A DNA stretch of 64,000 bases from Candidatus Fimenecus sp. (GCA_045632525.1 JAZQWV010000046.1:574-64573); one strand, 5' to 3'; shown: positions 1 to 10,446, numbered from the stretch's first letter. Numbers and translations: made by a program. The notes: generated from the sequence alone by a model not told the origin.

Positions 1-185
1 GGATTTATCTCATTGACACAATTCTCAAGATTATCGATTCGTCCTTTTTCTTTGATAATAGAAACATCGTCACCCTTGATAGCGATTCCAGCAGAGTCAT
101 AGCCACGATATTCAAGACGACGAAGCCCATCTAAAATAATGGGAGCAGCCTGTTCTTCACCTATAAAACCTACTATACCACACAT
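1..185 (-). CDS. glmS: glutamine--fructose-6-phosphate aminotransferase, N-terminal fragment (runs off left edge)
   Basis: Reverse-strand translation from ATG at 185-183 gives [36 protein letters not shown]..., the Cys2 Ntn-amidotransferase N-terminus typical of GlmS. Absent from the ORF track because it is truncated. Confidence 0.85.
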   Translation of the reverse strand, partial: MCGIVGFIGEEQAAPIILDGLRRLEYRGYDSAGIAIKGDDVSIIKEKGRIDNLENCVNEIN

Positions 186-254
186 ATTTTTGCCTCCTTG
201 AAGGTCTATTTTGAAAATTTTATGTCAATAATAATTCAGAAAGGAGCAACTTTT

Positions 255-1079
255 ATGAATTCATCTTTTATTAAACTCAATGCAAAAAAGCAGCTTATAA
301 AATGCCACTTCAAATGCTTTTTGGTGTCCTTTTTGCCCTATGTAACTATTGTTTTATTGGGTGCTCTGAATTATTATTTCTATATTTTGTTAAATAGCAT
401 TGCCCTTGATTCATCTTATGCTATCCATCTTCGTGCGTCACTTCTGACTCTTAGCGTCTGCTTGTCAACAGCACTTTGGTTTATGACAAGACTTTTCACT
501 AATCATTATTTTTATCTTAAAAGCAAAGGGCTGAGTATAAGCTTTTTTTCGTCAATAAAAAAACTTAAACCTCAAAAATATCTTGCACTTATTATTACAG
601 AAATCTTAAAATTTTTCTTGAGCATTGCCTGGGCAAGCCTTTATTACTCACCCTGTATAGGGGTCGCTTTAACTCTGTATTCTTATTATACAAGCACTGA
701 CTTTACCTTTAATATCGGCTTAACACTTTTAATCGCAGTTTTTATTCTTTTTGTAATCGGCTCAGGTTTTCTTTATATCACCTTAAAAAGATATTCAATG
801 ACAAGCACTATAATCTTTTCTTGTGACGAAAAGGATTCTCTTGAAATTCTCTCAAAAAGCACAGAAATAATGGAGGGCAGAAGCTTAAAGCTTTCACTTT
901 TCAATGTTTCTTTTTTTGGGTGGATTTTATCTTGTGTCTTAATTGTTCCAATTATTTATGTTTTGCCATATAAACTGATGGCAAAATATAGCTATTATAA
1001 TTTTGCAACAAGAAAAAAGGTGCAAGAAACTGCACCACAAAAGCCTATTGTTTTTTATATCAAAAGAAAAGAAGCATAA
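255..1079 (+). CDS. polytopic membrane protein of unknown function (DUF975-like impression)
   Basis: Track ORF 198..1079. The internal ATG at 255 is preceded by AAAGGAG. Several hydrophobic segments. No catalytic motif recognised. Confidence 0.55.
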   Translation: MNSSFIKLNAKKQLIKCHFKCFLVSFLPYVTIVLLGALNYYFYILLNSIALDSSYAIHLRASLLTLSVCLSTALWFMTRLFTNHYFYLKSKGLSISFFSSIKKLKPQKYLALIITEILKFFLSIAWASLYYSPCIGVALTLYSYYTSTDFTFNIGLTLLIAVFILFVIGSGFLYITLKRYSMTSTIIFSCDEKDSLEILSKSTEIMEGRSLKLSLFNVSFFGWILSCVLIVPIIYVLPYKLMAKYSYYNFATRKKVQETAPQKPIVFYIKRKEA

Positions 1080-1082
1080 AAA

Positions 1083-1119
1083 AAGGCACTCTCCAAAAGG
1101 AGAATGCCTTCGTGTTTTT
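1083..1119. terminator. bidirectional stem-loop between convergent genes
   Basis: AAGGCACTCTCC-aaaa-GGAGAATGCCTT followed by a T-run. A-run on the other side. Confidence 0.5.
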
Positions 1120-1127
1120 GTATTGAA

Positions 1128-1700
1128 TCAGAGAATAATACCCATTGTGCCAGGTGCGCAAAGTGCAGCATTTGATTCGTCTGTATCAATGTGCATTGCA
1201 AGTGCAAAGTTAGGGTGAACACGAACTACAACATCACCGAAAGTAGTTGTTCTGTCTGCTGATTCTACCTTAACTTCAACGACCTGTTTGTCAACAAGAC
1301 CATATTTTTCTGCATCATCTGGAGTCATATGAATATGTCTCTTTGCAACGATAACGCCATTTTCGATTTCGATTTCACCCTTAGGACCAACGATTTTGCA
1401 ACCTGGTGTGTTTGCGATGTCGCCTGATTCTCTAACAACTGCTGCAACGCCAATTGAACGAGCATCAGATGCAGAAATTTCAACCTGTGTTGCAGGTCTA
1501 ACAGGACCAAGAATTGACACGCCTGGGAACTGACCCTTAGGACCAATTACTGCGATTCTTTCTTCACAAGCATATTGACCTGGCTGAGAAAGGTCCTTTT
1601 TCTTAGTGAGCTCATAGCCTTCACCGAAAAGGATTTCAAGGTGCTCTTGTGAAATGTGAGCGTGTCTAGCACTTGTTTCAACTAAAACTGTTTTTTCCAT
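1128..1700 (-). CDS. pduL: phosphate propanoyl/acetyl-transferase PduL
   Basis: 190 aa, MEKTVLVETSARHAHIS...VIVAKRHIHMTPDDA...RVHPNFALAMHIDTDESNA. This is the duplicated PduL-type motif pattern. No microcompartment genes nearby, so probably acting as the Pta substitute. Confidence 0.85.
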   Translation of the reverse strand: MEKTVLVETSARHAHISQEHLEILFGEGYELTKKKDLSQPGQYACEERIAVIGPKGQFPGVSILGPVRPATQVEISASDARSIGVAAVVRESGDIANTPGCKIVGPKGEIEIENGVIVAKRHIHMTPDDAEKYGLVDKQVVEVKVESADRTTTFGDVVVRVHPNFALAMHIDTDESNAALCAPGTMGIIL

Positions 1701-1782
1701 ATATCATTCTTCTTTCTTAAAAAATTTCAAATTTCGTTACCACACATTATAATATAACTTTTTTGTCATTTTGTAAAGATGA

Positions 1783-2430
1783 TTAAAGCAATTCTTTAAA
1801 TGAATTTATGTAATAATCTGCAACTTCTTTGATTTTATCAGTATCATTTGCAGAACTTTTGTCATAAACACCACAAACTGTGAAATTACCCTTTTTCGCA
1901 CCACAAATGCCTTCGATAATATCTTCAAAAACAATGCAATCTTCAGGGGCAACACCCATTCTTTCTGCAGCGAGAAGATAAATATCAGGCTCAGTTTTGC
2001 CGATGTTTATTTCACTTACATAAGCAAAGGTGTCAAAGAAATCAAAAATCCCGTGTTTTTTAAGGGTGCCTTCACACACAACTCTTTCACTTGCCGTTGC
2101 AAAAGACATTTTAACCCCTTTTTCGTGAAGGGATTTAAGATATTCAAACACACCTGGTTTCAAATCAACATCATTGAGATAACCCTGTGTGCAAAGTTCG
2201 AGCCATTCGTCAACGATTTCGTCAATATCTTCTTTGATGTTATATTTCTCTTTTGTGTAAACCGCTGCGGCTTTCAAATGCATATTTTTAATGACTTCGA
2301 TATATTCAGGGGTAACTTTCAAATTGCGTCTTCTGAAAAACTCTTCGTCAACATCGTGCCAGATGTGCATTGAGTCAAGCAGTGTGCCGTCTAAATCAAA
2401 AATAGCACCTTTAAATTCTTTAATATCCAT
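1783..2430 (-). CDS. HAD-IA family hydrolase (beta-phosphoglucomutase-like phosphatase)
   Basis: FDLDGTLLDS motif I. Start moved to ATG at 2430 (MDIKEFKG) with a GGAGA RBS, directly after the upstream stop at 2432. Confidence 0.8.
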   Translation of the reverse strand: MDIKEFKGAIFDLDGTLLDSMHIWHDVDEEFFRRRNLKVTPEYIEVIKNMHLKAAAVYTKEKYNIKEDIDEIVDEWLELCTQGYLNDVDLKPGVFEYLKSLHEKGVKMSFATASERVVCEGTLKKHGIFDFFDTFAYVSEINIGKTEPDIYLLAAERMGVAPEDCIVFEDIIEGICGAKKGNFTVCGVYDKSSANDTDKIKEVADYYINSFKELL

Positions 2431-2431
2431 A

Positions 2432-3274
2432 TCATTCTCCAAATACATATTTGTTGATTGCTTTCGCAACACCACCATTGTCGTTGGTGTCAGTCGCATA
2501 TTTTGCGGTGGACTTCACAAGGTCTGTTCCGTTTGCCATAGCAAAAGAGTAGTCAGCAAAGGAAAGCATTGAACAGTCATTTTCACCGTCGCCAAAACAC
2601 ATTACATTTGTGCCATCAATACCCATTGCCTTGCAAAGACCTTCAATTGCAAATCCTTTGGTTGCTTTTTCATGAGTCATTTCAAGATTTCCGTTTTTGC
2701 CTTTAACAATAGGGAATGAAGATGCAAAAGCCACATCACAATTATTCGAAATCTTTTCTTCAAGTTCTATTCTTTCTTCAGCAGTAAGTGACAAAATATT
2801 AAGCTTTTCGATACCCTTACCATCAATGAATTCTTCAAGAGAAGAAACAGGTTTAATGAAATCCTTGAGTAAATCGTGAATATGAGGTGAAACATGCTCG
2901 CCATCAAACATAGCATAGCTTTCATTATTCATATAGCAATCGCCGTCAAAATAGATTTCATAAATAAGGTTATAGTCCTTTAAAATATTGAAAATTTCAA
3001 CAGACTCCGAGTTGCTCATAAGTGTTGAGCAAACAACTTGTCCCGTATGTAAATCATAAGTAATAGCACCGTTTGATGTAATAAGATAATCGAGAAATGG
3101 TAATTGTTCCACAACATAATCAGCAAGAATTTTTGTGCGACCGCTTGCAATTGCAACCTTGATTCCCATCTCGTGAGCCTTTTTAAAGGACTCAATGTTT
3201 TCTTTTGGAATTGTTAAGTGATTACTATTCAAAAATGTACCGTCAAGGTCGGTTACAATAAGTTTTATATCCAT
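2432..3274 (-). CDS. Cof-type HAD-IIB sugar phosphatase
   Basis: MDIKLIVTDLDGTFLNSNH, and GDGENDCSML near the C-terminus (Cof/YidA pattern). Confidence 0.85.
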   Translation of the reverse strand: MDIKLIVTDLDGTFLNSNHLTIPKENIESFKKAHEMGIKVAIASGRTKILADYVVEQLPFLDYLITSNGAITYDLHTGQVVCSTLMSNSESVEIFNILKDYNLIYEIYFDGDCYMNNESYAMFDGEHVSPHIHDLLKDFIKPVSSLEEFIDGKGIEKLNILSLTAEERIELEEKISNNCDVAFASSFPIVKGKNGNLEMTHEKATKGFAIEGLCKAMGIDGTNVMCFGDGENDCSMLSFADYSFAMANGTDLVKSTAKYATDTNDNGGVAKAINKYVFGE

Positions 3275-3283
3275 TTCTATCTC

Positions 3284-4336
3284 CTAATTGCAATAAATAT
3301 TAGTGTCCCAAAATGAGATGTGTTTATGATGACGAAGATAAATCTTGTAATCAGCATTTATCTCTTTGACTTTGTTTATAAGAGCAAAAATATCTTCACT
3401 TCTGTGATAAACAGCCATACAAAGCTTTGGCTTATTCTGTAAAGACTTAAAAGCACCTTTGAACATCTCACTTTCAGCACCTTCAATATCAATATTTATA
3501 TAAGAAAAGTCACCATATTTTTCGGTGATATAATCAACACAGAGCGACTGTTTTTCTTCGCCGATTTTATTGGCGGAAGCACCGCGTCCCTTGTTGCCGT
3601 CAAAGGTCAAAACACAGTTTTCAGACCATATAGCATTGTTGAGAGTCACACAGTTTTCTATGGTTTCACAGTTAATCTGTAATTTTTTGAATGTTCTTGT
3701 GTCAGGCTCAACTGCAACAATTTTTTTATAAGACTTTGCATATTTCAAGAATTCTTCCACAGTATCCCCACGATAAGCACCAAGGTCAAGAAAACTCTCA
3801 TTTTCACCTAAACTCAAGATAGAAAATGCTTCGTCTTTATCTGTTTCGCATTGGAAACAGTAGTTCAAATCACCTGTAATCTGAAACTTTATAATATTCT
3901 CAAACACTTTTCTCGATTGCTCGTCACAGAGATGAGAATAGGCTAACTCAATCTCGTCAATATACTTTTCTAAAAACTCTTTGTTAAAAATATTGTCACC
4001 ATAAACGGGGACTGATGGCATTATAACCTTGTGTCGTTTTGATAAAGCCTTAATATTATCAATAACTTCTGCTAATGGACTTGCAAAACAAAGCACAATC
4101 ACAAAGTCATCATATTCATTTTCAAGTTGTGATATGGATTTGACTTGAAACCCGTGAAAACTACGGTTTCTCACAAAGCCATCACTTGCACACACGGCAG
4201 AAGCTTTGATTTTTAATCGGTCAAGTTCTTCAAAAACTCTGTCTGCGCCGTTACCTGTGCCGTAAATAGCAATGGGTAGGGAAGTGCTTTGAAGAAAATC
4301 CCAGCTTGATTCAACTTTAAGCAGATTTTTAAACAC
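3284..4336 (-). CDS. FkbM-family methyltransferase with N-terminal Rossmann-like extension
   Basis: FLDLGAYRGDTVEEF SAM-binding motif and FkbM-like C-terminal half. GTG start with GGTGGTG upstream. Confidence 0.65.
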   Translation of the reverse strand: MFKNLLKVESSWDFLQSTSLPIAIYGTGNGADRVFEELDRLKIKASAVCASDGFVRNRSFHGFQVKSISQLENEYDDFVIVLCFASPLAEVIDNIKALSKRHKVIMPSVPVYGDNIFNKEFLEKYIDEIELAYSHLCDEQSRKVFENIIKFQITGDLNYCFQCETDKDEAFSILSLGENESFLDLGAYRGDTVEEFLKYAKSYKKIVAVEPDTRTFKKLQINCETIENCVTLNNAIWSENCVLTFDGNKGRGASANKIGEEKQSLCVDYITEKYGDFSYINIDIEGAESEMFKGAFKSLQNKPKLCMAVYHRSEDIFALINKVKEINADYKIYLRHHKHISFWDTNIYCN

Positions 4337-4406
4337 GCCTACACCACCATTCGTTAAACATTAAATAGAATAATAACATATTTTGTCGTTATTTACAATA
4401 AAACTG

Positions 4407-4435
4407 TTGACGATATTTGAACTTTGCAATAGAAT
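4407..4435 (+). promoter_or_regulatory. sigma-A-type promoter for the EamA gene
   Basis: TTGACG, 17 nt, TAGAAT. Confidence 0.5.
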
Positions 4436-4464
4436 ATTTTTATCGAAGTTTTTGGAGATTGTTT

Positions 4465-5346
4465 ATGAAGAAAAACTTAAGAGCAAGAACAATGTTAATA
4501 ATCTCAATGTCCGTTTTCGGCACAATTGGTCTTTTTGTGCGAAACATCCCATTGCCATCGGGTGAGATTGCTCTTTACAGAGCAGTGCTTGCTATGATTC
4601 TTATTGGTTCTTTTCTGGGTGTGACAAAACAAAAAATCCCATTTGATAAAATCAAAAAAGAAATTCCGTGGCTTGTGTTGTCGGGTATTGCAATGGGATT
4701 TAACTGGATACTGCTCTTTGAAGCATATAAATATACAACCGTGTCAGTTGCAACATTGAGTTATTATTTTGCACCCGTTATTGTCACAATTGCGTGTCCA
4801 ATACTCTTTAAAGAAAAAATGAAAGCAAAACAATGGATTTGTTTTGTTATGTCAACTTTGGGTATCGTTTTAATCACAGGAATAGGGGATTTGAGCCAAG
4901 GGGATAGCCATATCAAAGGCATTTTGTTCGGGCTTGGTGCAGCAACTCTCTATGCAACAGTTATTCTCGTGAATAAATTTATAAAGAATGTTGATGGAAT
5001 ACATAGAACATTTTTGCAATTTATGGCAGCCGTAATTGTGCTTGTGCCTTATGTTGCATTGACTGATGGTGTAAATCTCGCAAGCCTTGACTTTAAAGGC
5101 TGGGGCTTTTTGCTTGTGATTGGTATCGTTCACACAGGGATTACATATTGTTTGTATTTCTCATCACTTAAAGAATTACCGGGGCAAAAAGCAGCAATTT
5201 TAAGCTATATTGACCCACTTGTAGCAGTTTTGGTGTCAGTTGTAATTCTCAATGAAAAAATGACATTTATGCAAATTATAGGTGGCATTTTGATTTTAGG
5301 TTTTACCCTCTGGAACGAAATCCCATCAAAAAAAGAGAATAATTAA
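4465..5346 (+). CDS. EamA/DMT-family transporter
   Basis: About ten TM segments in two EamA-like halves. ATG at 4465 (MKKNLRARTM) preceded by GGAG. Confidence 0.8.
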   Translation: MKKNLRARTMLIISMSVFGTIGLFVRNIPLPSGEIALYRAVLAMILIGSFLGVTKQKIPFDKIKKEIPWLVLSGIAMGFNWILLFEAYKYTTVSVATLSYYFAPVIVTIACPILFKEKMKAKQWICFVMSTLGIVLITGIGDLSQGDSHIKGILFGLGAATLYATVILVNKFIKNVDGIHRTFLQFMAAVIVLVPYVALTDGVNLASLDFKGWGFLLVIGIVHTGITYCLYFSSLKELPGQKAAILSYIDPLVAVLVSVVILNEKMTFMQIIGGILILGFTLWNEIPSKKENN

Positions 5347-5439
5347 AAACAATTATCATATAATAGAAAAAAGTACTTGACAAAAGCACATTCAAAGTGT
5401 ATTATTATATAGCACTCTTTGAGAGCATAAACTAAATAT

Positions 5440-5518
<79 letters not shown>

Positions 5519-5694
5519 TAAGCCTTGGAACTACGCGGTTTCAAGGTTTTTATTTTGCTTTGAAGAGACAACGGATTTAAGTAATTTCCCTCCCTTTTCC
5601 CTCCGAGGCCTTAAAAAAGAGCGTTTTATCTAATTTTATCAGTAATTTAAAAGCCCTCCAAGTTGATTAAATTCAAAATGAAGGGCTTTTATTC

Positions 5695-6381
5695 TTATTC
5701 TAACAAATCATCAAGGTAGTCTTTAAGTTCATTTACCAAATGATGCACTTTGGTGCATGGATCTTGCAAAGATGGTTTCACATTTTTATCATATATATCT
5801 TCTATTCGCTTGGCATGACCAATTGCAGCTTTTAAACTTCCATAAGTTGTAACCAACTCAAATATCCTAGGATCAGCTTTATCATATCCATTTGGATTCA
5901 TTCCAAGCTTTTTAAAGTGGGAGTCTAACTTATCCACCCAATCTTTTCTATGTAATGCAGAATCAGAATAGTCAAAATGAAGATATAGCCAATATTCAAA
6001 GGATTGGTTACTCCATGCAATTCGATAACCGTATTTTTCACACAATGCAATAGCCTCGTCAAAATCATCAAAATCATCTTTATCAAATACGATCCACACT
6101 TGATTATACATAATTGGTGCTCGAGAAACAATTTTAGCTGTTTCTTCTACAAGACTTTTTGTGCATTTGCCTTCACCACAAGTATCTATTATAGGCATTT
6201 CGACATTGATACTTTGTCCATACTTTTTATTAATATGTTGAGCTAGTCCGTTAAAATACAATGGTTCCGTTTTTTCGCCTTCGGATACAATTAAAAAAGA
6301 ATTGGGCTTAGGTGTTCGTATCTCTTTCTTTCTATCTTTTAATTTGGCGCGTCTCTTTTTGAAAATATCATCCGACCCCAC
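5695..6381 (-). CDS. RloB-like (Toprim-type) protein, partner of the upstream ATPase
   Basis: SFLIVSEGEKTEPLYFNGL matches the RloB N-terminal signature (IVCEGEKTEPNYF). GTG start 7 nt after AGGAGG. 2-nt gap to the ATPase stop. Confidence 0.7.
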   Translation of the reverse strand: MGSDDIFKKRRAKLKDRKKEIRTPKPNSFLIVSEGEKTEPLYFNGLAQHINKKYGQSINVEMPIIDTCGEGKCTKSLVEETAKIVSRAPIMYNQVWIVFDKDDFDDFDEAIALCEKYGYRIAWSNQSFEYWLYLHFDYSDSALHRKDWVDKLDSHFKKLGMNPNGYDKADPRIFELVTTYGSLKAAIGHAKRIEDIYDKNVKPSLQDPCTKVHHLVNELKDYLDDLLE

Positions 6382-6383
6382 AG

Positions 6384-7586
6384 TTAATCCTCCTTAAAAG
6401 TAAAATCTTTTAAAATAGGAATGCCACCATAGACTCCACCCAAATAGTCTTTTCTAAAAGATTTATCATTTCTAACTTTATACTCAGCTAATGAAAAAAT
6501 TGAAGCTTCACCATTTTCATTTTTACTAGTAAACCAGATTTGATCTCGACGCATAAATCTTCCATCTAAAAGTGTTGTGTCATGAGTTGTATAAATCAAT
6601 TGACCATTTTGACTTTCTTTATAAAACAAATCAATAATATACTTTTGTAGTAATGGATGCAGTTGATTGTTTAATTCATCAATAATCAATCCTTTTCCAT
6701 ATAACGCTGCAACTTTGACATAAGAATATATTGTAATTGCCCGTTTAGTCCCATTAGACTCCAAATCCAAAGGAAGAAGATATTTTTCTTTATCTTTCCC
6801 AATATGATAAGTATAAACACTAATTTTATTTTTGTTTCTTTCGACTTCAATATCCTTGATTCCAACATCAATGGCGTTTAGAAATGACAGTAAACTCTCT
6901 TTCTCTTTTTCATCAAAACTCTTTTCGAAATAATAATCCAGCATGCTCTTTGCTTCGCCATCGCAAGAAAAAGAGAGTGGTAAAAAAGATAATACACAAT
7001 AAAGAACATCTCGAAATACATTTGTTTTCAATTTTAAACTACTAAAAAAAGATAAAGCTAACACATCGCTATCAATGTCTAAAAGATATTTCTCGCAAGA
7101 TTGTTTTACAGATGCACCTAACTCAATTTGTTTCAAATCTCTTTCTAATACAGTAACAGTTCTCTTAGTTTTAAGAGATTTTTTATAAAGCCACTCATAC
7201 TTAATTTTAGTTTTATTATAAATAAACCCATAACGATATTCATTTCCATTAAGACGATATACAGCTTCAAACTCAGTATCATCTTCGATAGAGTTCTGAT
7301 CAAGCAAAAACGGAAAATACCATTGACTTAAAAAGGGCTCTTCCTCTTTTTCGTTTTGTTTAAATGAACCACCAACTATTGTGCGAAAATACCCATAGGC
7401 ATCAACAAAATTAGATTTACCACTAGCATTTGCTCCGTAAATTGAGGCTACTTTCAACAGAGAATCTTCATTTTCTTGATTAATTAAATTGTATTGATGC
7501 TCTTTGTACGATTTAATGGCACGCATATCAAAAACCACTTCATCTTTAAAAGGCCCATAGTTTTTAAATCTAAACATTACAAGCAT
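6384..7586 (-). CDS. AAA_15/21-type ATPase (AbiLi / RloA-like)
   Basis: FRFKNYGPFKDE N-terminus, Walker A GANASGKSN, distal LIIDELNNQLHP (Walker B). ATG at 7586 after GGGGGAG. Confidence 0.75.
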   Translation of the reverse strand: MLVMFRFKNYGPFKDEVVFDMRAIKSYKEHQYNLINQENEDSLLKVASIYGANASGKSNFVDAYGYFRTIVGGSFKQNEKEEEPFLSQWYFPFLLDQNSIEDDTEFEAVYRLNGNEYRYGFIYNKTKIKYEWLYKKSLKTKRTVTVLERDLKQIELGASVKQSCEKYLLDIDSDVLALSFFSSLKLKTNVFRDVLYCVLSFLPLSFSCDGEAKSMLDYYFEKSFDEKEKESLLSFLNAIDVGIKDIEVERNKNKISVYTYHIGKDKEKYLLPLDLESNGTKRAITIYSYVKVAALYGKGLIIDELNNQLHPLLQKYIIDLFYKESQNGQLIYTTHDTTLLDGRFMRRDQIWFTSKNENGEASIFSLAEYKVRNDKSFRKDYLGGVYGGIPILKDFTFKED

Positions 7587-7690
7587 AATTTCTCCCCCTT
7601 TGTTATTATTATAAGCACAAAAAGTGCATTTAGTCAATAAATTTGTGATTTTTTCTCAAAAAAGTTTTTGTAATTCACAATTAAGCAATA

Positions 7691-8899
7691 TTAACCTATT
7701 CTTTCGAGATGATTTAATATGTTTTCGAGAGTATTTGCAGCTTCAATATCTTTTGATTTTAATGCATGAGCATAGATGTTTAGTGTTGTCGCAGTATTTG
7801 CATGACCTAATCGCTTTGATACGGTACAAACATCAGTTCCCTCGGCTATCATCAAAGTTGCATTTGTATGTCTCAATGAATGCAAAGTGACATAATTAAA
7901 ATTATTTCTTTTTATAAACTTTGAAAACCAACTTGAAATTGTATCAGGGTGAATAGGTGTTCCATTCCATGAAGTGAATAATCGGTCACAATCTTGCCAA
8001 GCGTCACCCATTTTTAATCGTTGTTCAGTTTGCCAAATTTTATATTGTTTTAATAGATTACAAGCAGTAGTGCTTAAAGTGAAATGGCGAATTCCCGATT
8101 TTGTTTTTGGCTCTTTTGTTATCATAGTTTTATTACCGACATATTGAGCTGAACGACTTACATGCATTATCTGATTTTCAAAATCGATATCTTTCCATTC
8201 TAAACCACATAATTCACCTCTACGAATTCCCGTATAAACTAATAATGAAATCATAGTTTTATATTGTATTGGTTCATTTTCAAGTAGTGATAGCATTTTC
8301 ACTATTTCATTTTCATTCAGATATGATATTTCTCTATGAGGAATTTTAGGTGGGTCAGCTCTTTCAGCAACATTCTTTTCAAGCAGACCCCATCTAACAG
8401 CAGTTGAAAGAATTTTTGAAATAACTCTATGATGGTCAACAATGGTTTTGGGAGCAAGTTTACCACTATTTATTAAATTCCCATCAGTATCATATCTTTT
8501 TCTTTCACTTACTCCGTCCAATTCTAAACTCCTATAAAAAGCATTTAAGTGCAATGGCGTAATTTCTTTTAGTTTCAAATGACCGATTGCTTGATTTATA
8601 CGCTTTAAGTAAAGTTCATAACGCGAATATGTTTTTATAGCAAGATTAACTTTTGCGTATTCGTTCATCCATCTTTTAGAAAAATCTACAAAACGAATTC
8701 GATTATCGGGACAAACCCCATTCTTTACTTCCTCTTCAAATAATACTTTTTGCCTTTCTAGTTCCTTTTCAATTTGTCGGGGAGTCATATTACTTTCAGG
8801 TATCCAAGTTCTTGACTTACCAAGTTTTTTACCATTGATGTCAGTTCCACATGATACTCGAATTTCATATCCTCGACCTTTTTTGCGTGCAGTTGCCAT
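7691..8899 (-). CDS. int: tyrosine site-specific integrase
   Basis: 402 aa. TGIRRGELCGLEWKDI (Arg box), HSLRHTNATL, LGHANTATTLNIYAH (catalytic Tyr). Confidence 0.9.
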   Translation of the reverse strand: MATARKKGRGYEIRVSCGTDINGKKLGKSRTWIPESNMTPRQIEKELERQKVLFEEEVKNGVCPDNRIRFVDFSKRWMNEYAKVNLAIKTYSRYELYLKRINQAIGHLKLKEITPLHLNAFYRSLELDGVSERKRYDTDGNLINSGKLAPKTIVDHHRVISKILSTAVRWGLLEKNVAERADPPKIPHREISYLNENEIVKMLSLLENEPIQYKTMISLLVYTGIRRGELCGLEWKDIDFENQIMHVSRSAQYVGNKTMITKEPKTKSGIRHFTLSTTACNLLKQYKIWQTEQRLKMGDAWQDCDRLFTSWNGTPIHPDTISSWFSKFIKRNNFNYVTLHSLRHTNATLMIAEGTDVCTVSKRLGHANTATTLNIYAHALKSKDIEAANTLENILNHLERIG

Positions 8900-9057
8900 T
8901 GTTAATAGTCAATTCCTCTCTATGCATTAAATTTGTTTCCCCAAACTTAATTATTGCTCAACTTTTTTCAGATTGCAAAACATTTTCTCAAATAGACAAA
9001 GTTTTTTCTAATATAGTTCTCTATCACCAACAAAACAATGATAGAGAACTTTTTTAT

Positions 9058-9237
9058 TTATGAATTTAAATAGGCAATTAACTTATCATAATTGATTAAA
9101 GTCTTTCGACCAACTTTAATTGATGGAATTTCACCTCGCCTAACCATACATTTTAATGCATTCATTGTTAAAGCAGTTTGTGGGTCATCATTTTTAATTT
9201 GATTGTACGCATCAGAAATTAATCGCATTTTAGTCAT
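9058..9237 (-). CDS. xis: excisionase-family HTH protein (59 aa, below track cutoff)
   Basis: Own translation: MTKMRLISDAYNQIKNDDPQTALTMNALKCMVRRGEIPSIKVGRKTLINYDKLIAYLNS. Sits immediately upstream of int on the same strand. Confidence 0.65.
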   Translation of the reverse strand: MTKMRLISDAYNQIKNDDPQTALTMNALKCMVRRGEIPSIKVGRKTLINYDKLIAYLNS

Positions 9238-9387
9238 TAGTAATTCTCCTTATCGTAGTGTTTACCATAAGAACACCAATTCAGGCAGTTCGATGTAACT
9301 CACTTAAAAATACTTATTATTGTATATACCTTATGGTTGATTAAGTAAAAGATTTTGCTTGATATGTTTTCTTTCTTATAATTCCAA

Positions 9388-10266
9388 TCACAAATTTTCT
9401 TTTATTGCATTTAATTTTCCAATTCTTTTCAAATTAAATTGCTCATAAGTGATAGAGTTAATCTCAATATCATTAGCATTTAGGATAGCATTTGTGTAGG
9501 AATAACATGGTGCACGATAATTAACCAATTTTTTGGCTTCGCCGTGTGTCATAGTGATAGCAGATGGCTTTTTAATACCACGAGAACAAGTATAGAACTT
9601 AAAGTTCGGAGGATAAAACTTAATGCGTGAACCCTTTTTTATAGACTTGCTTTCATTATCAGATGGTTCAATAGTACTAAATCGTACGGAAAAATATGCT
9701 CCGAAGTTATCGGCAAAAGGAAGAGCTTCTATCCATACAAAGCCATTTCCCCAAAGTTGACTTAACTCTTCATGCTTTATAAAAAGATTTTTGCTTTTCA
9801 TATCTTTTAGCAAAACATGTAAATGCCAACTACCACTTTGTTGCGGTTCAATAACTTTAATATACTCACAGTCAGGATAACGATATTTAAGTTTGTTCCA
9901 AAACTTGGTAAAGTCGTCATTTGCTTTAGTGTAGTCAGTCATTATCTCACTATAAGTTAATGTTATAAACTTTTCAGAAGAATCACCGACAAAATTATAA
10001 TTTATAATACGTCGAAGAAAATTACTTGCTTTGGTAAAGTGATTTTGAGTATTTTTAGTTCTCTTTTCTTTTGAGTACTCAATATACTCTCCTGTTGTTA
10101 AGTTTACACAACCACTTTTACCAACTTTTTTGTAGTTTTTTAGTGAATTGCTTTGTTTTTTCATAGTAATCACTTCAACAATATGATTACTTACATATAC
10201 TTTTGATAGTTTGTCATCTGGTATAAAATCAGCTTGACGCTTACATACTGAAGTTTTAACAGCCAT
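9388..10266 (-). CDS. rep: rolling-circle replication initiator (pC194/pUB110 Rep_1-like)
   Basis: FITLTY (motif I), SWHLHVLL (HUH motif), AGGAGG RBS. Confidence 0.6.
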   Translation of the reverse strand: MAVKTSVCKRQADFIPDDKLSKVYVSNHIVEVITMKKQSNSLKNYKKVGKSGCVNLTTGEYIEYSKEKRTKNTQNHFTKASNFLRRIINYNFVGDSSEKFITLTYSEIMTDYTKANDDFTKFWNKLKYRYPDCEYIKVIEPQQSGSWHLHVLLKDMKSKNLFIKHEELSQLWGNGFVWIEALPFADNFGAYFSVRFSTIEPSDNESKSIKKGSRIKFYPPNFKFYTCSRGIKKPSAITMTHGEAKKLVNYRAPCYSYTNAILNANDIEINSITYEQFNLKRIGKLNAIKENL

Positions 10267-10365
10267 AATAGATCCTCCTAAAAGTTATCTTACTTTTGAT
10301 AACGTTACAGAACTCTGAAAACATCAAAGGACTTCTGTTTTTCGAATTGTAGCGGTAAAAATAAA

Positions 10366-10389
10366 GTAATGGTAAATGTTACCTATTAC
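10366..10389. promoter_or_regulatory. inverted repeat upstream of rep (candidate dso/operator)
   Basis: GTAATGGTAA-atg-TTACC(T)ATTAC, about 100 bp upstream of the rep start. Confidence 0.3.
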
Positions 10390-10446
10390 TATTGTTTGCA
10401 TTTTTACTGCCTGAATTCATGAAGCCATTAGAAAGGAGGTCTAAAT

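Noticed and set aside
198-254. Track start codons that are GTG/TTG upstream extensions (198, 2499, 4417, 7637, 12166, 17743, 26753, 29696, 31905, 34719, 36693, 47170, 49396, 52986, 53606)
   Set aside because: In each case an internal ATG (GTG at 6381) has a properly spaced purine-rich RBS, whereas the extension lacks one or overlaps a terminator or the upstream gene.
1003-1218. 71-aa plus-strand ORF spanning the membrane-protein stop, the terminator and the pduL 3' end
   Set aside because: It crosses an intergenic terminator hairpin and overlaps pduL antisense. No RBS.
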